Shown: one piece after another, positions 57,972 to 64,000 of the stretch
Layout of the letters: each line of letters begins with the position of its first letter
Position numbering within the stretch: position 1 is the first letter of the stretch
Assembly (NCBI GenBank): GCA_044869275.1
Contig: JBIOXB010000239.1
Span: 18,843 to 82,842, forward strand
From: a bacterium
GTDB taxonomy: Bacteria > Zhuqueibacterota > Zhuqueibacteria > Zhuqueibacterales > Zhuqueibacteraceae
DNA: 64,000 nucleotides
Direction: 5' to 3'
The notes under the pieces: model-generated
What the model was told of the DNA's origin: nothing
What the model saw: only the letters and a program-made list of their open reading frames with translations
Database searches by the model: none
Program-made: the position numbers and the translations under genes

Positions 57972-59318
57972 TCAAACGCGGAACTCATTCGGCCTGAACT
58001 CCAACCGGCGGCCGGCTTCCACGGCTGTGTTGACTTTCAACACGGTCACCGCGGTTTCATAACCGGCGTCATGATCGCAATTCAGCCTCGCTTTGCCACG
58101 AATGGCGTCGAAAAAATTCTCCAGATGCGGTTTGTGATAAGGGTCATTGAAGGCCACCGGCAGATCGAATTGCGGCGGCGCGACCGTTTCACGCACATCC
58201 AGCACCGCGTCGCTGGCAGCGGCTTTTTCCTCTTTCGGCGCTTTCAAATAACCCGACAATACCCACTTCTCCCAATCGGGCGCCGTGGGCTCGCGATAGA
58301 TGCCGCCGCGGCCGCCCGCCTCCGAGATTTGCAGCGTGCCTTGATCGCCAAGAAAGTTTTCAAAATAGCCTTCGCTGCTATTGGTGGTGAGGGTTTGGTA
58401 GTACGCGCGCACTTTTCCGGCCGGCATCTCATATTCATAAATCACCATCACGGTATCGTACCATTCATGCGTGCGCTTGTCGTAGTAGTCGGTGCCGCCG
58501 CTGGCCATCACCGCTTTCGGCGTGGTTCCCAAAAACCAATTAAAAATATCGATCTGATGCGAGCCCAGATCCACGATCGGGCCGCCACCCAGGCCGCGAT
58601 ACCACCGCCAGTTACGGAACTGATGCATGGAGGCGAAGCCGTACTTTGCCAGGGTGGCGGGTGCAATGGCATCTTTCTTTGGCCACCCCAGGTCGGGTTG
58701 CACGGCGCGATTCCACTGGCCGTTGGCCGAAGTCAGGCGGCCGAGAATCTTCGCCTCTTGCAGCAGTTTGTGATGACAATGCAAATAACGCGGATTGCTG
58801 CGGCGTTGATGCCCAATCTGCAGCAGCTTGCGCGTGCGCCGCGCCGCCAGCACCATGTTGCGCGCGTCTTGCAGATTATTGGACATCTCTTTTTCGCAAT
58901 ACACGTGCAGGCCCGCCTCGAGGCTTGCGATGGTATGCCGTGCATGCCAAAAGTCCGGCGTCGCGATCAAAACGGCATCCAGATCTTTTTCGCGTGCCAG
59001 CATTTCGCGATAGTCTTCATAGCCATTGGGCGAGTGGCCGTATTTCTGCAGCAAGTTCACGCAGCGCTTGAGATTGTAGGCCGCCCAAATATCGCACACC
59101 GCGTTGAAGCGAACGTTTGGAATTTTAAGGCAGGCATTGAGCAAAATCTGCCCTTGCGCGCCCGCCCCCAGCAATGCCAGGTTCAAGTCGTTTGAATTTC
59201 TCGGCGCGTCTTGCGCACGCAAAACATTCGGCGCCAGCAACAGTCCCGCGCCGGCCGCTGCGGTTGCGCGCAGAAACGTTCGCCGGTCCATTCCGGGGTT
59301 GGCGTTTTGATCACTCAT
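57972..59318 (-). CDS. Tat-exported Gfo/Idh/MocA oxidoreductase
   Basis: DRRTFLRA Tat motif; LLGAGAQG, IATPDFWH, YCEKEM, QIGHQRRS, NWRWY, DLGSHQID. Confidence 0.9.
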   Translation of the reverse strand: MSDQNANPGMDRRTFLRATAAAGAGLLLAPNVLRAQDAPRNSNDLNLALLGAGAQGQILLNACLKIPNVRFNAVCDIWAAYNLKRCVNLLQKYGHSPNGYEDYREMLAREKDLDAVLIATPDFWHARHTIASLEAGLHVYCEKEMSNNLQDARNMVLAARRTRKLLQIGHQRRSNPRYLHCHHKLLQEAKILGRLTSANGQWNRAVQPDLGWPKKDAIAPATLAKYGFASMHQFRNWRWYRGLGGGPIVDLGSHQIDIFNWFLGTTPKAVMASGGTDYYDKRTHEWYDTVMVIYEYEMPAGKVRAYYQTLTTNSSEGYFENFLGDQGTLQISEAGGRGGIYREPTAPDWEKWVLSGYLKAPKEEKAAASDAVLDVRETVAPPQFDLPVAFNDPYHKPHLENFFDAIRGKARLNCDHDAGYETAVTVLKVNTAVEAGRRLEFRPNEFRV

Positions 59319-59668
59319 GCGACGCTCCACCTGCTTGGCTGTCGTTCATTGCTTGACTTCGTACAAGAGCCTGGATGAAAAGCGGAAGCTTGATCACGGA
59401 TGAGGTCTTGTGGATTTCGAATTACTTCTTGCGAAATTGCTCATGCGCAAAGCGTAGAGAACTGGCTTGGTTGCAGCTCGTCCTGGTTGGGTAAGGCGGG
59501 TCCTGGTTTGGCTTGAAACTGATGATAATCAAAAATGAAGCGGATTTCAACATCTTTTCATCATTTTAACTATTTATTTGCATTTTTAGGATTGAAGTAT
59601 TATCTATTCCCGCCTGCAAAACGCCACAGCTGCGCGCGAGTTTCCCACCTTAATTGAGAAGGAGCAAC

Positions 59669-60361
59669 ATGAAGCAGAGCATGATGACACTCGCATTGGC
59701 ATTCATTTTTCTTGGCTGCAGCGCCGGCACCCGGCCCCAGCTTTCACCGGAAGAACAAAATGCGGGTTGGAAGCTATTATTCGACGGCAAAAGCTTCCAG
59801 GGCTGGCGCGGCTTCAAGAAGGAAAGTGTGCCAGCCGGATGGGCCATCACCAAAAAAGGAGAGCTCTATTTCGGCAAAAACGGCAGCGGCGACATCATGA
59901 CGGTCGAGGAATTCGGAGATTTTGAATTGCAGCTCGAATGGAAAATCTCCCCCGGCGGAAACAGTGGCATCTTCTTCTGGGTTACGGAAGATGACGAATT
60001 TTCCTGGAAGACGGGTCCGGAGATGCAAGTGCTCGACAACACGAAACACAAAGACGGGCTTGACCTCAAAACCTCAGCCGGTTCAAACTATGCATTGCAT
60101 GCGCCCAGCCAGGACGTCACGCGCCCGGCCGGTGAATACAACGCCGTGCGCCTCGTCGTAAAAGGAACGCACATCGAGCACTGGCTCAATGGCGTCAAGA
60201 TTGTCGCGTACGAGATCGGCGGTCCGGAATGGGAGGCGCTCGTGGCACAAAGCAAATTTGCCACCCTGCCCAAATACGGCCGTAATCGCAAAGGTCACAT
60301 TGTGCTGCAAGATCATGGCGACAAAGTGTGGTATCGAAATATTAGAATCCGGCCACTGTGA
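59669..60361 (+). CDS. DUF1080 / 3-keto-disaccharide hydrolase lipoprotein
   Basis: Lipobox FLG-C; GWKLLFDGKS..GW, DFEL.LEWK, NSGIF, GPEMQVLD, EHWLNG, GHIVLQDHG..VWYRNI. Confidence 0.9.
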   Translation: MKQSMMTLALAFIFLGCSAGTRPQLSPEEQNAGWKLLFDGKSFQGWRGFKKESVPAGWAITKKGELYFGKNGSGDIMTVEEFGDFELQLEWKISPGGNSGIFFWVTEDDEFSWKTGPEMQVLDNTKHKDGLDLKTSAGSNYALHAPSQDVTRPAGEYNAVRLVVKGTHIEHWLNGVKIVAYEIGGPEWEALVAQSKFATLPKYGRNRKGHIVLQDHGDKVWYRNIRIRPL

Positions 60362-60381
60362 AGAACAAGAGGAGGCGCAAC

Positions 60382-61803
60382 ATGAAAGATCCCATCGAAA
60401 ACTCCATCCCCCCAAAAGATATGCTCACGCGGCGCGAGTTTCTCGGCACTGCGGCAGTGGCTGCCGCCGCCTTCACGATTGTCCCCCGTCATGTATTGGG
60501 CGGGCCGGGATATGTGCCGCCGAGCGACAAACTCAACATTGCCTGTATTGGCGTCGGTGGCAAGGGCCGTGGCGACATCGCCAGCCTGGGTACGGAAAAT
60601 ATCGTGGCGCTGTGCGACGTCGATGATGAACAGATCGTGAAGACCATCAAGCGCGCCCTGGACGATACCGCCAATCCGGCTTACGCGGACATGCTCACAC
60701 GCGCCACAAGATATCGTGACTTTCGCGTCCTGCTGAAGACGGAACCGGGCATCGACGCGGTGACGGTGAGCACGCCGGATCACACGCATGCCGTGATCGC
60801 GATGGCCGCCATGCGCTTGGGCAAGCATGTATTCGTACAGAAGCCTTTGACGCAAACCGTGCACGAAGCACGCGCGCTCGCCCGGGCAGCACAGGAAATG
60901 AAAGTGGTGACGCAAATGGGCAATCAAGGCCACGCCAGCGAGGAAGCGCGCTTGATCAACGAGTGGATTGCGGCGGGTGCCATCGGCGCCGTGACTGAAG
61001 TACATTGCTGGACGAACCGGCCAATCTGGCCGCAAGGCGTGCGCTATCCCCAAGAAATTCCCTCCGTGCCCTCGACGCTGAATTGGGATGTGTGGATCGG
61101 GCCCGCGCCGTTCCGCGCTTATCATCCCGCTTACGCGCCATTTCGCTGGCGCGGCTGGTGTGACTTTGGCACCGGCGCGCTGGGCGACATGGGCGCGCAT
61201 ATTTTCGATCATCCCTATTGGGCTTTGAATCTCGGCTATCCGGAAACCGTGCAAGCCAGTTCGACTGAATTCAACGGTGACAGTTATCCGCTGGCCTCCA
61301 CGGTGCGCTATCATTTTGCCGCGCGCGGCAAAATGCCGGCGGTGGATCTCACCTGGTACGACGGCGGCATCATGCCACAGCGTCCGGAGGAGCTGGAAGA
61401 AGGCCGGCGCATGGGCGATGAAGACGGCGGCGTGCTTTACGTCGGCAGCAAGGGCATGCTCATGCACGGCTGTTACGGCAAAAGCCCGCGGCTGATTCCC
61501 GAAACGCGCATGAAAGCTTTCAAGTTTCCACCGAAAACGATTGCGCGCTCGCCCGGCATACATGAGGAATGGGCCGCTGCCATCAAAAGCGGCAACGGCG
61601 TGCAAACCACTTCGAATTTTGAGTATGCGGCAAAGTTGACTGAAACGATGCTGCTGGGCAATATTGCCGTCCGCATGGCGCCGAAGAATACGATTCTGCG
61701 CTATGACAGTGAGAAAATGAGTTTTCCCAACATGCCGGAGGCGGATCAGTACTTGAGCAAGGAATACCGGTCGGGATGGAGCTTGGACGATTTGCATTAT
61801 TGA
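60382..61803 (+). CDS. Tat-exported Gfo/Idh/MocA oxidoreductase
   Basis: TRREFL Tat motif; PSDKLNIACIGVGG, STPDHTH, VQKPL, TQMGNQG, WRGW.DFGTGALGDMG. Confidence 0.92.
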   Translation: MKDPIENSIPPKDMLTRREFLGTAAVAAAAFTIVPRHVLGGPGYVPPSDKLNIACIGVGGKGRGDIASLGTENIVALCDVDDEQIVKTIKRALDDTANPAYADMLTRATRYRDFRVLLKTEPGIDAVTVSTPDHTHAVIAMAAMRLGKHVFVQKPLTQTVHEARALARAAQEMKVVTQMGNQGHASEEARLINEWIAAGAIGAVTEVHCWTNRPIWPQGVRYPQEIPSVPSTLNWDVWIGPAPFRAYHPAYAPFRWRGWCDFGTGALGDMGAHIFDHPYWALNLGYPETVQASSTEFNGDSYPLASTVRYHFAARGKMPAVDLTWYDGGIMPQRPEELEEGRRMGDEDGGVLYVGSKGMLMHGCYGKSPRLIPETRMKAFKFPPKTIARSPGIHEEWAAAIKSGNGVQTTSNFEYAAKLTETMLLGNIAVRMAPKNTILRYDSEKMSFPNMPEADQYLSKEYRSGWSLDDLHY

Positions 61804-62063
61804 TCGTCGTTGCCATCGCGCAGTTGTCCCATCTTTTCGTGCATCATCCCTATTGGCACGGCGCACTCATTGCGGGCGGACTGTTCCCTGCGGTATTTCT
61901 CGCCTGGCAGGGGTTCAGCTTTTATACCGATCGCTTCAATACTGATGATCTGCCCTTTCGCCTCGCGACGTTCGCACAAATGCTGGCGCTGTTGGCGCTG
62001 GCACTGCAAACGCGTGACGTGGCAACGGGCAGCCATGCGGGATTCGCAAAGGATACAAAATGA
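61776..62063 (+). pseudogene. ltrA: Truncated low-temperature requirement protein A (LtrA-like) fragment
   Basis: VVAIAQLSH, AWQGFSFYTDRFNTDD..RL..F.QM; only 95 aa, overlapping both neighbours. Confidence 0.6.
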
Positions 62064-63448
62064 AGTCAAACCTCAACTTGCCAATTGGGTTGGCGCTTTT
62101 CGTTTTCATGATTGCTGCAAAAGACATTGCGGTCGCGACAATCCCGGGCGATGATGGTCACTGGCCCTCGTTCCGCGGCAAGCATGCCGCGGGCGTCACC
62201 GAGGGGCAAAACTTGCCGGATCAGTGGGCTGGCGAGAAAGCCGCCAACATCAAATGGAAGACCAGAATCCCGGGCTTGGCACATTCCAGCCCCATCGTTT
62301 GGGGAGATCGCCTCTTCGTCACGACGGCCATCAGCAGTCTCGGTGATGGCACGTTTAGGCACGGCCTTTACGGCGACGGCGATGCCTCCGAGGACAAATC
62401 CGTGCAGCAGTGGAAAGTCTATGCCCTCGATAAAACCAATGGTAAAATTCTCTGGGAACAAACTGCTCACCAGGGTGTGCCGGCCGAGAAACGGCATATC
62501 AAAGCCAGCTACGCCAATTCCACTCCGGCCAGCGATGGCCGTTATGTGATCGCCTTCTTCGGCTCGCAAGGTTTGTATGCCTATACGCACGACGGCCGGT
62601 TGGTTTGGAAAAAAGACCTGGGCGTACTCAATGCCGGCGCGTACGATGCGCCCGACTACGAGTGGGGAACGGCAAGCTCCCCCATCATTTATGAGGATTT
62701 GGTGATCGTGCAATGCGATACCCAGAACGAGGATTTTCTCCTGGCGGCTGATATCAAGACCGGGAAGACGGTTTGGAAGGCCTCCCGTGAAGAGCTGCCC
62801 TCCTGGGGAACGCCCACGATTTATCCTGGCGCATCACGAGTGGAGCTGATTACCAACGCCTCAAATTTTATTCGGGGCTACGATCCACTCACCGGCAAAG
62901 AATTGTGGCGGCTGGGTGGCAGCTCCAAAATCACGGCGCCGACCCCGATCTTTTCCGGCGATTTGATTGTCGTCGCGAGCGGCCGCCGCCCCGAGGCCCC
63001 CATCTTCACGATTCGAGCCGGTGCCTCGGGAGACCTTACACTCGCAGAAGGTCAAACTTCGAGCGCGCAGATTGCCTGGAGTAAAAAGCAGCGCGGCTCT
63101 TACATGCCCACACCGCTGATTTATGGTGATTGCCTCTACGTGCTGGCCAATCAGGGAATTCTGGATTGCTACAATCTAAAAACCGGAGAAGAAATCTACC
63201 GCCAGCGCCTTTCACATCAGGGCGGCGGGTTCAGCGCTTCTCCGGTGGCCGCCGATGGCAAGCTCTATCTGTCCAGCGAAGACGGAGATATTTTTGTCGT
63301 AAAGGCAGGGCCGGAGTTCGAGCTGCTGGCGACGAATGCCATGGGCGAGCTGCTGATGGCCACACCGGCCCTTTCTTCCGGCATGATGTTCGTGCGAACG
63401 CAACACCATCTTTTTGCGGTCGGGCGGCAAGAAAATGATGAGCGCTAA
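62060..63448 (+). CDS. PQQ-binding-like / BamB-like beta-propeller protein
   Basis: Signal peptide; [54 protein letters not shown]. Confidence 0.88.
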   Translation: MKSNLNLPIGLALFVFMIAAKDIAVATIPGDDGHWPSFRGKHAAGVTEGQNLPDQWAGEKAANIKWKTRIPGLAHSSPIVWGDRLFVTTAISSLGDGTFRHGLYGDGDASEDKSVQQWKVYALDKTNGKILWEQTAHQGVPAEKRHIKASYANSTPASDGRYVIAFFGSQGLYAYTHDGRLVWKKDLGVLNAGAYDAPDYEWGTASSPIIYEDLVIVQCDTQNEDFLLAADIKTGKTVWKASREELPSWGTPTIYPGASRVELITNASNFIRGYDPLTGKELWRLGGSSKITAPTPIFSGDLIVVASGRRPEAPIFTIRAGASGDLTLAEGQTSSAQIAWSKKQRGSYMPTPLIYGDCLYVLANQGILDCYNLKTGEEIYRQRLSHQGGGFSASPVAADGKLYLSSEDGDIFVVKAGPEFELLATNAMGELLMATPALSSGMMFVRTQHHLFAVGRQENDER

Positions 63449-63662
63449 TATCTTTCATTCGCGTACATTGGCGGTTATGCGGATAGATAAGAGATGAATA
63501 GAATACTCTAATCGAAACAAGTGTGATGGGTTGCGAGCTTGCTTGCTGTATTCCTTCTAGCGTGGGCCCTTATCTCCTATCCATTCTGGCGCTACTTTTG
63601 CTTGCCCCAGCATCGTGGTTTTAGCGTAATGCAACATTCATGTTGCGCTTTTTACGCGAGTT

Positions 63663-63925
63663 CGGGAGTTTGAAAAGCAGCACTCAATCTTCGATCTCAC
63701 TAAAAACAAGAATTTCATTGCAGCAACAGCGAGACGGATACGTCGATCCTGTTTGCGCATGAAAGCTGCTGCGCCGGTTGGCCGTATTGCAAACGCGAAT
63801 GGGGCGCAGAACCTCTTGCTCTTGGGGCTCGCCGGCAGCCGCATTATCGAACTTAAAACCGTTCAAATCCTCGATCAGCTCAAAATCGCGGACGTGCAGC
63901 GACATTACCAATGTCGGCTACAAGG
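63663..63925 (+). pseudogene. Degenerate N-terminal relic of a YgfK-like (putative selenate reductase) gene
   Basis: Manual translation REFEKQHSIFDL...AQNLLLLGLAGSRIIELKTVQILDQLKI, then DITNVGY in a shifted frame; the GPAAGPH motif is decayed. Confidence 0.6.
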
Positions 63926-64000
63926 AGAAATAGAAAATTATCTTTATGCTGACATATGCTTATTGAACTGGAGAAAACAGTACCTGCTGTTTGGTAATTG

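Noticed and set aside
57417..59195. 592-aa plus-strand ORF
   Set aside because: Antisense shadow of the Gfo and cytochrome genes; no recognisable motifs
60313..61866. 517-aa minus-strand ORF
   Set aside because: Antisense shadow of the Gfo gene in GC-rich DNA

Overview
A GC-rich bacterial chromosomal segment. The 'NYPNPFNP' C-terminal sorting domains suggest the FCB supergroup (KSB1/Calditrichota/Ignavibacteria-like; inference). (1) 1-30.3 kb: a large xylan/pentose utilisation cluster with two GH10, GH3, GH115, a GH43-cupin fusion, GH9, a CE4-like deacetylase and a GPH transporter. It carries xylose isomerase and xylulokinase, an oxidative IlvD/FAH route and an alditol oxidase. (2) 30.4-39.9 kb: an eroded accessory zone. 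It holds an internally deleted ExeM-like nuclease, an HD-domain/eIF2B-like fusion gene bracketed by two copies of a hairpin-containing direct repeat, a MacAB-type exporter without its ATPase, and GIY-YIG and dinD relics. (3) 40-45.9 kb: an imuA-less mutagenesis cassette (two small DUF6504-like genes, inactive ImuB, DnaE2) with a clear promoter and palindromic operator candidate, next to a DUF72 gene. (4) 46-63.4 kb: a propeller/Y_Y_Y/PP2C sensor, then an unusual operon joining a Tat-exported Gfo/Idh/MocA oxidoreductase, a 7-heme cytochrome c, a cytochrome b, a Pro/Thr-rich lipoprotein, a GT-C glycosyltransferase and ApbE. A convergent GT2 and a divergent DUF1080/Gfo/PQQ-propeller unit flank it. 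Many gene relics with internal deletions and inverted short-tandem-repeat elements are scattered throughout. I saw no CRISPR, tRNA or rRNA. All family calls come from motif recognition by eye, not database searches.
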